From NCBI GenBank assembly GCA_030390025.1, contig CM059432.1, positions 89,034,001 to 89,098,000 of the forward strand: DNA of 64,000 nucleotides, given 5' to 3'. Source of the DNA: Squalus acanthias (lineage: Eukaryota). Shown here piece by piece: positions 11,685-23,236 of the stretch. The notes beneath the pieces are model-generated. The model was given only the letters and a program-made list of their open reading frames with translations. It ran no database searches and was not told the origin of the DNA. The position numbers were made by a program, and so were the translations under genes. Position 1 is the first letter of the stretch; each line of letters opens with the position of its first letter.

Positions 11685-12127
11685 TGTTGGTGAAAAATGA
11701 ATTCACTCGAGTCTGTCTCAAAGCAGAAGATCACAGTTTATTTAACAGAGAGCTCTGGGAGAAGAGCCATAGACCCCCGCGGTCTAGTGATCCACTTCTC
11801 GTCGTTACAGTGGTATCGAAACTTCTTTTATACATTATAGGGTTGGATACGCAATTCATTACATACAAATGTCTTCACCCAATCACATTCCCCCAGCAAC
11901 AGCTCCTAATTATAATCTGCCCTTTAAGCTGTATTTTTACTTCCCTACCGAAACTATAAACATTGGGCCTCACACATACACATCTTGACCACAGACATTA
12001 CTCATCGCACTGTGTCAGCGAAACCATTCTGTATTTACGAATTTACTTAACTTTCACATTGCTGCTTTAACTTACATTCTTTAACTTTTACATTGTTGCT
12101 TTAAGCCCTATAATTTTTACCCTAACA
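11685..12127 (-). repeat. ERV-A 5' LTR
   Basis: Direct repeat of 5898-6340, adjacent to the PBS. Confidence 0.95.
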
Positions 12128-15100
12128 TACCTCCAGTTAATTATTGTGAAGACCGAAGCCATTGACATCGGCCCCCGCTACAAACTCCATTCATGGCCAC
12201 CAACTTCATCCATCTCAATGGCAACTGTCTGAGGCTGAACCAGACCGATCGCATCCTCGGTGTTCTATTTGACCCTGACATGAGCTTCTAACTTGATGGG
12301 CTCGATTTTACCAGGCCTGAGGAGGCGGGTTTGGAGGCGTGTGAGTTGTCGAAAATCGCAAAAAATGGCGGGCGGCTCCGATCCCGCCTCTGAGCAATTT
12401 TCCCACATTCGTGGTTTCAGACCCCATTTCCATCCCACCTCCAAGAGGCGGGATAGGTCCTTAAGGTCCTTAACAACCAGTTAATTGCCTCTATAATCCC
12501 ATTTGCAGAGGCCTTTCTGATTTTAACACATTTCCCCTGTCTTGCACGTCTCCTCTGGAACACGCCAGTTAATCCTTGGCGGCCTCACAAGTGGATTGCT
12601 TACTAACAGTTGCATCTCCACCATTAAAAAGGAGTTTTCACCAATGGTCATTTGCAGGTGGCAGTACTTTGTTGTCTCAGGTCTGGGGAACTTTTAGCAG
12701 GCCTACTCATTGTTGTGGAAGTTTGGAGCCTGACACCCATCTCCACTGTGACCTCTGGGAAACCCCTCTCCTCACCTTGACTGAGCGCTTCCTCAACTGA
12801 GGTATGTACCAGAAGCATAGGAACCATTTATTTCCTTTCCTCCTGGACATCAGATTTGGACGAAGCCCAGCCGCAGCAGCAGCAGAACCCTGAACAACAG
12901 CAGCACCAAGAGCAGGAGCAACAACAGGAGCGCCAAGCTGCTGCTCACCCACCTGAAGCTCCACAGGCCAGAAGGCGCCAGAGCGCGACCACATTGCTGC
13001 CCGGGATGCAAGGAACGCAATCATGTTGGCCAGATTTGCTTAGCCTGCACAATCAAAAACTTTTGCCTCGCACCTTCTTACCAGAGTATCGACAATGGAC
13101 AAGAGCCTGCGGATTTCTATCCCTCTGACCACCATATTGACAATTGCAAGTCGCCCTAAGCCCTCAATGTGGAAGTCCCATTTGCGAAATGACACAGGCC
13201 ACAACTTCAACAGTTTGCCATCAAATCTGTTTATCATAAAAATTCAACGATGGCTTGTCAAAAATCAATACAACAGAACACCCAAGTGACTACCCTTGTG
13301 ACTACTTGTGCTTTATCTTCCTCTTACTCACTTTCTTGCTGCTGCTGTCTTGACACTTTTGGCGGCCATCCTCTGGGGTTGCGAACCTGTGAGGGCTCGG
13401 CAACAGTCTGCTGCTCCTAAGGCTGTGCAGGGGCTGAGACGTCCATCTCAGTTGGGTGAGGAATCTGGTGGGGCTCTAACCGAGAGCTCTGCAGTGGTAT
13501 GGTCGTGTGAGCGCTTGGAGAGGAGCCCCCACTTCCTTGTTGTCTGCCACCAACATCCCTCTTATGGGTCAGCCCCACTTCAGAGCTAGCAAGTGGCTTG
13601 ACAGCACCTTGCTGCATTTCAGGGGGGCCATGAGGACCCGTTTCTGCACTGGAAGTCCTACTCCAGAGGACTTCCATGAAAGTCTAGTTTCTATGCTCAA
13701 TAGTTGACCATCACTCCTCAAGAGATGTCAGTCTATTCTGAACAATGACCATGCTTTCAATACCCTGGCGACTAAGCTCCTCTATGGCCGTAGCCATCCT
13801 CTCCTCTACCATAGCCATCCTCTCCTCTACGGTAGCCAGCCTTACTACGGAGGTAGCCATCCTTTCCACGGAGGTTGTCATCCTTTCTGTGGTGATGCAT
13901 ACATGCGTCAATGCCTCCACAAAGGCTCTGCTCATGTTCGCGATGGACTCCTCCATTCGCTCCACACTCGCAGCGACCCTGGAGAAAAAACCTGCCAGAG
14001 TTTCCTGCACCTCTTCCTGGAGTTCCAGCACCGCTCTCCTTCTGGGTGGACCTGAAGGCACAGGGTGGACATGCAGCTGAGCCGAGCTGGCAGAGTCCTG
14101 CGCCCTCCAACGAGGACTCTCCACTGCTGTCCCTGTCTCCACCATCTGCTGATGCTCACTTGTGATTGGTGATACACTAGGTAACAACACTACTCTATCT
14201 CGCGAAGGTCCCACCGAGGTGTGAGTGTCTGCGCTGGTGCTGGGTGCACTGAATTCTGCAGACGCTGCGCCCTCAGAGGTTGCAGCTTCCTCTGAGGAGT
14301 CTTCAGGCTCAGGCTGTTCTTCCTGGACAGTGGGGACGGGGGCTCTCGATGGTCCTGTGGGGGAGTAAAGGAAAGAGCTAGAGATGTGAGGTAAAGGTAG
14401 CATGCACATTGAATTGTGCAGATGATCATAAGTCAATCTGTTAGAGCATCAGAATCATTATCAGTCACTCATGCAATGTCAATGAGAGAGATACAAAACT
14501 ATTCTGTCACCAGCTTGCTGTGGTGCGCCCGTCTGTCCGTCCCCCACTTGTGAATCGTCCTCCACTCTGGCGATCTCCAGGGCCGCCTCCTCCGAGGTGG
14601 TGAGCTGGGCTACTGAGGGTGGCCCTCCTCCTGTCCTCGCTCTTTCCCTCTTATTGTGGGCTCTCTTTTCCTGCAATGAGGGACACAAGTGGAGTTTGAG
14701 TGAGAATGAAGGAGTGAGTGTAGAGAATCCATAGCATAGATGCTTAGAAGGAGATAAAGGGCCCTCCCTGTGTGTTGTAAGTTGTTGTCATTGCATCACA
14801 GTGATTGGGAGTGTGAGGGCTGCATGGTCGAATAGTTAAGTGAATGTGACCATAGAGAGAGAGGGAATGGGTAAGGGTGCAGGGTCAAGTGGGATGTGGA
14901 GGAAGAGGTTGGCAAAGCAGAGTGCTGGTGGTGAGAGGCGATGGGGATCAGATTGAGGGTGATGGGAATGTCATACTCACTTTTCTTGTGCGGAGAAGGT
15001 CATGAAACCTCTTCCTGCACTGCAGCCAGGTTCTGCTGCACATAGAAATTGCGTTTATCTCTTGGGCCACTTGCAGCCACACAGCTTTAGTCTGCTGGGG

Positions 15101-15141
15101 AGGCTTTTTCCTCCCTGAGGAAGGGAAGAGCACCTCCTTAT

Positions 15142-18037
15142 AAGAACATAAGAACATAAGAAATAGGAGCAGGAGTAGGCCAATCGGCCCCTCGAGCCTG
15201 CTCCGCCATTCAATAAGATCATGGCTGATCTGATCCTCACCTCAAATCTAAAGAACACAAGAATTAGGAGCAGGACCCGGCCACACAGCCCCTGGGCCCG
15301 CTACACCACCCACAGGGCCTTGACCGATCCGAACTCAGCCTCATGTCCAATTTCCTGCCCGCTCCCCGTAACCCCTAATTCCCTTTACTTCTAGGAAACT
15401 GTCTATTTCTGTTTTAAATTTATTTAATGATGTAGCTTCCACAGCTTCCTGGGGCAGCAAATTCCACAGACCTACTACCCTCTGAGTGAAGAAGTTTCTC
15501 CTCATCTCAGTTTTGAAAGAGCAGCCCCTTATTCTAAGATTATGCCCCCTAGTTCTAGTTTCACCCATCCTTGGGAACATCCTTACCGCATCCACCCGAT
15601 CAAGCCCCTTCACAATCTTATATGTTTCAATAAGATCGCCTCTCATTCTTCTGAACTCCAATGAGTAGAGTCCCAATCTACTCAACCTCTCCTCATATGT
15701 CCACCCCCTCATCCCAGGGATTAACCGAGTGAACCTTCTTTGTACTGCCTCGAGAGCAAGTATGTCTTTTCTTAAGTATGGACACCAAAACTGTATGCAG
15801 TATTCCAGGTGCGGTCTCACCAATACCTTATATAATTGCAGCAATACCTCCCTGTTTTTATAATCTATCTCCCTAGCAATAAAAGCCAACATTCCGTTGG
15901 CCTTCTTGATCACCTGCATACTAACTTTTTGATTTTCTTGCACTAGGACCCCCAGATCCCTTTGTACTGCAGTACTTTCCAGTTTCTCGCCATTAAGATA
16001 GTAACTTGCCCTCTGATTTTTCCTGCCAAAGTGCATAACCTCACATTTTCCAATATTGTATTGCATCTGACAAATCTCCGCCCACTCACCCAGCTTGTCT
16101 ATATCCCCTTGTAGGTTTTTTATGTCCTCCTCACTTTCTACTTTCCCTCCCATCTTTGTATCATCTGCAAACTTTGATATGTTACACTCGGTCCCCTCCT
16201 CCAAATCATTAATATAGATTGTAAAGAGTTGGGGTCCCAGCACCGACTCCTGCGGAACACCACTGGCTACTGGTTGCCAGTCCGAGAATGAACCATTTAT
16301 CCCAACTCTCTGCTTCCTGTTAGATAACCAATCCTCCACCCATGCCAGAATATTCCCCCCAATCCAGTGATATTTTATCATGAGCAATAATCTTTTATGT
16401 GGCACCTTATCAAATGCCTTCTGGAAGTCTAAATACACTACGTCCCCTTTATCCACCCTATACATTATGTCCTCAAAGAATTCAAGCAAATTTGTCAGAC
16501 ATGACTTCCCCTTCATAAAGCCATGCTGACTTTGTCCTATTAAATTATGTTTATCTAAATGTTCCATTACTGTCTCCTTAATAATAGACTCCAAAATTTT
16601 ACCCACCACAGATGTTAGACTAACTGGTCTATAATTTCCAGCCTTCTGCCTACTACCCTTTTTAAATAAGGGTGTTACATTAGCAGTTTTCCAATCTGCC
16701 GGGACCTTTGCTGAGTCCAGGGAATTTTGGAAAATTATTACCAAAGCATCCACAATCCCTACTGCCACTTCCCGCAAGACCCTAGGATGTAAGCCATCAG
16801 GTCCAGGGGATTTATCCGCCTTGAGTCCCATTATTTTACTGAGTACCAATTCCTTAGTGATTTTAATCGTATTTAGCTCCTCCCCCCCTAGAGCCCCCTG
16901 TTTGTCCAGTGTTGGGATATTCTTAGTGTCCTCTACCGTAAAGACTGAAACAAAATATTTGTTCAGCATTTTTGCCATCTCCATGTTTCCCACCATTAAT
17001 TTCCCGGTCTCATCCTCTAAGGGACCTACGTTTGCCTTAGCCACCCTTTTTCTTTTTATATAACTATAGAAACTCTTGCTATCTGTGTTTATATTTTTTG
17101 CTAATTTATTTTCATAATCTATCTTCCCTTTCTTAATCAATCCTTTAGTTACTTTTTGCTGTCTTTTGAAGACTTCCCAATCTTCTATCCTCCCACTAAG
17201 TATGGGTACCTTATATGTCCTTGTTTTTAGTCTGATACTATCCTTAATTTCTTTACTTAGCCACGGATGGCTGTCATTTCTTTTACACCCTTTTTTCCTC
17301 AGTGGAATATATATTTTTTGAAAGTTGTAAAATAACTCCTTAAATGAACACCACTGCTCATGTACCGTCTTACCCTTTAATCTATTTTCCCAGTCTACTT
17401 TAATCAATTCCGCTCTCATACCATCATAGTCTCCTTTATTCAAGCTCAGTACGCTTGTCTGAGAACCAACCTTCTCACCCTCTAATTGGATATGGAATTC
17501 AACCATGTTATGGTCACTCATTCCAAGGGGATCCTTAACTAGGACATTATTAATTAATCCTGACTCATTACACAGGACCAGGTCCAAGGTTGCTTGCCCC
17601 CTTGTAGGATCAGTTACATACTGCTCAAGAAATCCATCCCTAATACACTCAATAAACTCTTCCTCAAGGCTGCCCTGCCCAATTTGATTTGTCCAGTTAA
17701 TATGATAGTTAAAATCCCCCATAATTATAGCTGTTCCCTTATTACATGCCCCAACTATTTCCTGATTAATACTTCTTCCAGCAGAGTTGCAACTATTAGG
17801 AGGCCTATATACTACTCCCACTAGTGTTTTTTTCCCCTTATTATTCCTTATCTCTACCCAAACTGTTTCATTATCCTGATCCTTTGACCCAATATCATTT
17901 CTCTGTAATACAGTGATTCCTTCCTTTATTAACATAGCTACCCCACCTCCTCTTCCTTCCTGCCTGTCCTTCCTGATTGTTAAATACCCTGGCATATTTA
18001 ATTCCCAGTCATTGTCACCCTGCAGCCATGTTTCTGA
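15142..18037 (-). mobile_element. CR1 LINE, 5'-truncated within the endonuclease, with open ORF2
   Basis: APE motifs ETW, YRPP, GDFN and SDH; RT motifs LDFQKAFD, GVPQESVLGP and FADD; CR1 3' UTR ending in (TTCTTATG)n. Confidence 0.95.
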
Positions 18038-18091
18038 TTGGAGGGAGGCCTCATCGAATCTTGGAGCACACTTTGGTCTACTGGTGGACAT
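15341..18091 (-). CDS. Chimeric ORF: 18 aa of Harbinger Myb-like protein fused in frame to CR1 ORF2 (916 aa)
   Basis: Uninterrupted ORF from the Harbinger ATG to the CR1 stop. Expression is unknown. Confidence 0.6.
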   Translation of the reverse strand: MSTSRPKCAPRFDEASLQSETWLQGDNDWELNMPGYLTIRKDRQEGRGGGVAMLIKEGITVLQRNDIGSKDQDNETVWVEIRNNKGKKTLVGVVYRPPNSCNSAGRSINQEIVGACNKGTAIIMGDFNYHINWTNQIGQGSLEEEFIECIRDGFLEQYVTDPTRGQATLDLVLCNESGLINNVLVKDPLGMSDHNMVEFHIQLEGEKVGSQTSVLSLNKGDYDGMRAELIKVDWENRLKGKTVHEQWCSFKELFYNFQKIYIPLRKKGCKRNDSHPWLSKEIKDSIRLKTRTYKVPILSGRIEDWEVFKRQQKVTKGLIKKGKIDYENKLAKNINTDSKSFYSYIKRKRVAKANVGPLEDETGKLMVGNMEMAKMLNKYFVSVFTVEDTKNIPTLDKQGALGGEELNTIKITKELVLSKIMGLKADKSPGPDGLHPRVLREVAVGIVDALVIIFQNSLDSAKVPADWKTANVTPLFKKGSRQKAGNYRPVSLTSVVGKILESIIKETVMEHLDKHNLIGQSQHGFMKGKSCLTNLLEFFEDIMYRVDKGDVVYLDFQKAFDKVPHKRLLLMIKYHWIGGNILAWVEDWLSNRKQRVGINGSFSDWQPVASGVPQESVLGPQLFTIYINDLEEGTECNISKFADDTKMGGKVESEEDIKNLQGDIDKLGEWAEICQMQYNIGKCEVMHFGRKNQRASYYLNGEKLESTAVQRDLGVLVQENQKVSMQVIKKANGMLAFIAREIDYKNREVLLQLYKVLVRPHLEYCIQFWCPYLRKDILALEAVQRRFTRLIPGMRGWTYEERLSRLGLYSLEFRRMRGDLIETYKIVKGLDRVDAVRMFPRMGETRTRGHNLRIRGCSFKTEMRRNFFTQRVVGLWNLLPQEAVEATSLNKFKTEIDSFLEVKGIRGYGERAGNWT

Positions 18092-18586
18092 AATTGGTGA
18101 AGGAAGCGCTCAGAACAATGGGCATAAAGTTTAAAGGCTGAAAAAGAAGCAAGGCTGCTTGCAGGCCTTAAATCCAGCAGCATTGATGACATCATCGGAG
18201 GCGACTTTCTGTATGAAAAGGCTCATTGGGCCAGGGGTTCCCACACGCTGGAAATCAAGTGTCCAATTAGGGCAAAATCGCACTTCTGTCCCACTTCACA
18301 TCGGAGTCGGGGTCCTGACATGACGACCACCTGACACGCCCCCAGCCCGCCCCAAATGTCAAAATCGAGCCCCATATCTGTGCAAGCACCATGACCGACT
18401 ACTTCCACCTGCATAACATCACCGGTCCCCGCTGCTACCTCCGCTCATCTGCTGCTGAAAACCTCATCCATGCCTTTGTTACCTCTAGACTCGAGTATTC
18501 CAATTCTCTGCTGGCTGGCCTCCCACCTTGCACCCTCCGTAAAGATGAGCTCATCCAAAACTCTGCTGTCCATAACCTTACTCGCA

Positions 18587-19759
18587 CTGATCAGTGTCTG
18601 GACACAGAATTGAAACCATTCCATAACCGTCGTACTGAATTGTCTTGTGAGCAAGGTTGTATCAAGTGGGGAAACAGAGTGGTGGTACCTACTTCTTTGA
18701 GAGATAGAATTCTGGCCGAACTTCATACTGAACATCCAGGGATCGTCAGTATGAAATCAATTGCAAGAAGCTTTGTTTACTGGCCTGGATTGGACAGTGA
18801 TCTTGAATCACTTGTCAGCAAATGCAACGTTTAGCAAAATTGTAGAAACAAGCCACCCAAAACTCCACTGCAACCCTGGCCATGGCCAAGTAGACCTTTT
18901 CAGAGAGTACATGTAGACTTCTGTGAGAAAGCAAATGATTGTTTCCTGGTACTTGTAGATAGTCACTCAAAGTGGATTGAAGTGAAACATATACTCACCT
19001 CTCCACACTTGCACCCATCACTCACCTCCACAGCGCACCTTTGGACCCCTCTGACCCCCGCAGACCCACTACTCGCCTCGGTGACCCTGGCGGGTTTCGG
19101 AGCCTTCGGGAAGCCCGCACTTGTGTAGGTAAAAAGGGGATAATCCTATTTTCTGCCTGTTAACTACTTGTTAACAGGCAGTTAAGTGGCTGTAATCCCT
19201 TCCCGCCTCCAAGGAGAAGGTACCCGGCGCGGGACGGCTACCTGCCTCCTGGCAAGATGGCATGGAGGTGGGTTGGGGGCGGGTTCGGCACCAGCCCCCA
19301 AATTCGGCCATTTTCCTGGCAGTCTCGCCTCCAAACCCTCCTCCCCAGGGCTGGCAAAATCCAGCCCATAGGTTCAAACAAGTCTGAGATAGAAACAGGA
19401 TCATCTTTGAGTTCGGAACCAAAACAAAACAGCCAGAAAATTGGTTCAACACCAAAACCTGTAAGATCAGGAAGGCTCTGCAAACCTGTTATTAAACGGG
19501 ATTTGTAGTTCATTTAAAAGAAAAAAAGCCAGGAGTTTTTGTTATGTGGTACATGTAATTCTGGGAAAGGTGTGACCATAGTTTAGTTGTATTTGAGAGG
19601 GGAATACATACATTTTCTTTAAGGGGTAAAGCAGTGCAATGTATTAGCACATTGTTTGGTATGAGCATGCTCAGTTCGCTCTGGCCTAATAAAGCAAGCA
19701 CATGGACTAGCAACTGATCGTGTCTCTGTCCTTCATTTGTTCTACCCACATGTATTACA
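18587..19759 (+). mobile_element. Gypsy element fragment (integrase piece, 3' end and one LTR 19540-19759)
   Basis: 18587-18990 is nearly identical to the reverse complement of ~48015-48420. 19370-19759 matches the 3' end and LTR of the Gypsy at 45730-46150. Confidence 0.85.
18991..19367. mobile_element. Right half of a Harbinger MITE (family of 51322-52164 and 62921-63755)
   Basis: Ends AAAATCCAGCCC followed by ATA; colinear with ~63380-63755. Confidence 0.8.
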
Positions 19760-19764
19760 AAGAT

Positions 19765-19892
19765 GCTTTCTAAAATCCTCTTTCACCAAGCTTTTTGTCA
19801 GCTGTCTAATATCTCCTTATGTGGCTTCATGTCAAATTTTGTTTGATAATGCTCCTGTGAAGTGCCTTGGGATGTTTTACTATCTTAAGGGC
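19765..19892 (+). mobile_element. L2 3' terminal fragment
   Basis: Ends GGCGCTATATAAATGCAAGTTGTT; homologous to the reverse complement of 19975-20130. Confidence 0.7.
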
Positions 19893-19969
19893 GCTATATA
19901 AATGCAAGTTGTTGGAGTGGTTCTTCTCAGATACGCCTGCAATCCTACTTTCATCTTGCACTGTTCAAA

Positions 19970-20950
19970 ACAACAACAACAACTTGTATTTATATAGCAC
20001 CTTTAATGTAGTAAAACATCCCAAGGCACTGCACAGGAGTATTTTAAGAAAAAAAATTTGACACCGATCCACATAAGGATAAATTAGGGCAGGTGACCAA
20101 AAGCTTGGTCAAAGAGGTAGGTTTTAAGGAGTGTCTTAAAGGAGGAAAGAGAGGTAGCGAGGCGGACAGGTTTAGGCAGGGAATTCCAGAGCTTAGGGCC
20201 TAGGCAACGTAGGGTAGAATGTGGGAGGCCAGCCAGGAGTGCATTGGAATAGTCAAGTCTAGAGTTAACAAAGGCATGAATGAGGCTTTCAGCAGCGGAT
20301 GAGCTGAGGCAAGGGTGGAGACGGTCGATGTTACGGATGTGGAAGTCGGCAGTCTTTGTTATGCTGTGGATATGTGGTCGGAAGCTCATTTCAGGGTCAA
20401 ATATGACACCAAGGTTGCGAACAGTGTGGTTCAGCCTCAGACAGATGTTAGGGAGAGGGATGGAGTCAGTGGCTAGGGAACGGAGTTTGTGGCGGGGACC
20501 GAAAACAATGGTTTCGGTTTTCCCAATATTTAATTGGAGAAAATATTTGCTCATCCAGAACAATATGTCGGACAAGCAGTCTGACAATTTAAACACCGTG
20601 GAGTGGTCAAGAGAAGTAGTGTGGTAGAATTGGGTGTCGTCAGCGTACATGTGGAAACTGATGCTGTGTTTTCGGATGATGTTGCCAAGGGGCAACATGT
20701 AGATGAGAAATAGGAGGGGGCCAAGGATAGATCCTTGGGGGACACCAGAGGTAACGATGCAGGAGCAGGGAGAGAAGCCGTTGCAGGTGATTCTCTGGTT
20801 ACGATTAGATAGATAAGAATGGAACCTGGCGAGTTCAGTCCCACCCAGCTGGACGACGGTGGAGAGGCGTTGGAGAAGGATGGAGTGGTCAACCATGTCA
20901 AAGGCTGCAGACAAGTCAAGAAGGACGAGGAGGGATAGTTTACCTTAGTC
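19970..20950 (-). mobile_element. L2 LINE, 5'-truncated
   Basis: ORF 20084-20914 with AAFD, GVPQGSILGP, YADD, SRLDYSN and FKTLLKTYLF; (TTG)n tail. Confidence 0.9.
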
Positions 20951-21372
20951 ACAGTCAAAAACTGCAAAATACTGATAACACATTAACATACAAAGAAGGA
21001 CAGGCAAATAAAAACAGCTGGTTAATTTAGCCTGTTCCATCATGACATGGTGCAGCCTACATGCATCATCAAGATTCTCCTCCCCAACAGTCACACAATC
21101 TGCTGTGAGAGGACAAAAAGCAGAGAAAAAACTTTCGGTAATTAGGAAAAAGCTCAGGAAAATTTCTCTCTTACCAGTGAAGGCAATCAAGCAAACTTCA
21201 GGAGACTGCAGTGACGATGTCACTAATTACAGCTGCTCCTCACCTACCTTCATTAACTTGAGATGTCCTCAACTCTCGCGAGACATCTGCCCCTATTTCT
21301 TTACTCCCATGTGTAAGATTCAAAGGAGTCCTACTCCTTCTTTGATTATCCTCTTATTAAAAGCATTTCTAG

Positions 21373-21403
21373 CATCAGCTGTGGCTCAGTGGTTAGCACT
21401 CTC
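21373..21403 (+). mobile_element. 5' head (A box) of a tRNA-derived SINE, split by the Tx1 LINE
   Basis: GTGGCTCAGTGG A-box; the SINE continues at 41545. Confidence 0.75.
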
Positions 21404-21529
21404 GAGGTGGGAGGGGCTAGGATTAAGCAGGTGCTGCTGGTTGCCTGATTACTGGAGGGAGTTGAAGTGAGCTTGTAAAAGTTTTTTTTTAAGGTTTTAG
21501 GGCCTTTTTGGCCCATAAACAGCAGCCAG

Positions 21530-23198
21530 ATGGCTGCTGAGGGGCCCAGAGTGCTGGGCCCCTCAGAGGGTAGCGTTCCCAAGATGAATTTAATCAGAGG
21601 AGAAACTGTTGTTGGAAGGGAGAGAAAAAGGCCCAAAGATTTGGGCCGGGACCCTAGGAGGTTTGGAAAAGAAAACATGGTGGTGGTTCAGTGCGAGGAT
21701 AAGGAGGTACAAGCTTGGGATATTATCCAGGCGGTACATGAGGACTGTGGCGAGGGAAGCTGCTTTGCTTGCCGACCAAAGCCGAATGTTGGGCTGGAGG
21801 TGACGGTTAGTGGCCGAGAGGAGGTGGAAAGACTTTTACTCAGTTTGAAGGTTGGTGATAAGTTCTTGGAGGTATCTCTGCTATATTCTGAAGAGCTGGT
21901 GGTCTAATTCTTAAACTTGCAGGTTTATATTGAGGACGATGTGCTAATCAAAAAGTTGGAGTCGTGGGACATTAAAATTTGCTTTGCAATAAAGAGAAGA
22001 TACTATCCAGGAACATGGGTAGCAGATGGAACCCATTACGTAAAGGTATGGTTCCCAGAGGGGGTGAAGTCATTACCGTACAGCATGAAATTTGAGACAA
22101 TGGAAGGAGTGCAGTACTTCCAAGTACTGCATGATAACCAAGTGAAGGTTTGTTATTATTGTCTTGGACACGACCATCTTGTAAGAAACTGTCCGGACTT
22201 GTACTGTTATAATTGCAGCGAATCTGGACACATCGCTCGGAGCTGCAAGGCGGAGAGCTGTGGGGTGTGTCACAAAGGCCCCACCCGCTGTGAGTGTGAG
22301 GCAGAAGGAAGCTCTATGAGTGACGAGGCGATGGGCAAAGGAGCAGGAGGTGTGAGTGGAACGGCCGGAGGAGCGGAGCAGGCGGAGGACACAGCTGGTG
22401 AATTGAAGGAGAAAAGAGTGCAGGAAGAGGCAGAAAATTGCGGAGCAGAGAACAGGATGGAGATGGTGGAAAACACACCAAGTGGAAAAGGACAAAGACA
22501 GCAGAGGGCAGCATGGGTCGAGGGCAGAGTCAAGCCATAATACGGTTCAGCTCTCCCTAAAGAATATGGGGTCCGCGGGGGGAGAGGAGGCGGGAGCGGG
22601 GTGCGTGGTAAATGTAAGTACTCCAAAGAAAGACGGGGAGTCAGACATCTCGGTGAGCAGGAGGGGGCAAGACAAGGAGAGGGTGCAAGAGGCCGGAGCC
22701 TTAAAGGGGCAGCAGGACGGGAGCGGCAAGACAAAGACGCCAGAAGGGAGCAATATTGGTGCGCCATTGTCCCAGCGAGAGAAGGATCAGGGAGCAAGGG
22801 ATGATGAGGCCGAAGGGAGTGGCACTGTTGGAGAAACCACGATAGCAGGAAGACTCTCTATGGGAGATGATGTATCTGACAGGGAGCAGGATTATTTATC
22901 TGACGGGGAGCAGGAACAGAAGGTCACAGAAGAGCTTGAGAGTGAGTAATCAGAGGGGGACAGAGACATGGAAGTGTGGGGTGGGGTGGCATCGTGTGGA
23001 AAGGGAAAAGTTAGTGAGGGGCAGAAGGAGGGAAAAGGGGCAGCTCCTCGGCCCAAACCTAATGCAAGGAAGAGGCTAAAACAGCAGGGAAGTTTCAAAC
23101 AGGAAGTGAAAAAGAGCCGGAGGCTGCAGGAAAAAGCAACAGCTGCCCAAAAAGTTGAGAAGGAGCATGAGAGGAGGGAAGGGCCAGAGATTAAATGA
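21530..23198 (+). pseudogene. Tx1 ORF1 (zinc-knuckle nucleic-acid-binding protein)
   Basis: GTHYVKV.FP, CYYCLGHDHLVRNC and CYNCSESGHIARSC; interrupted by stops and frameshifts. Confidence 0.85.
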
Positions 23199-23236
23199 TG
23201 GAGAGATTATCAGGCATACTGCCCTTATTTGGAGCC

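Larger units (their letters stand above)
5898..12127 (-). mobile_element. Endogenous retrovirus A (lokiretrovirus-like pol, gamma-type env), internally deleted and rearranged
   Basis: 443-bp LTRs TG...CA at 5898-6340 and 11685-12127, 5-bp TSD TACCT (5893-5897 and 12128-12132), PBS, PPT, and gag/pro/RT/IN/env remnants. Confidence 0.95.
13302..18091 (-). pseudogene. Harbinger copy 2 Myb/SANT-like gene, exon 1 interrupted by CR1
   Basis: MSTSRPKCAPRFDEASLQ, then KEVLF...W.QVAQEINA...RTWLQCRKRFHDL; exon 2 EKRAHNKRERARTGGGP; exon 3 with stop and frameshift. Confidence 0.88.
12298..18372 (+). mobile_element. Harbinger copy 2 (transposase internally deleted; contains a CR1 insertion)
   Basis: TIRs GGGCTCGATTTT...AAAATCGAGCCC, imperfect TSD GAT/CAT. 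The transposase N-terminal Q-rich region is joined directly to its last codons near 12985. Confidence 0.92.

Noticed and set aside
21373..21403. tRNA gene
   Set aside because: Only A/B-box remnants continuing into a SINE body; no cloverleaf.
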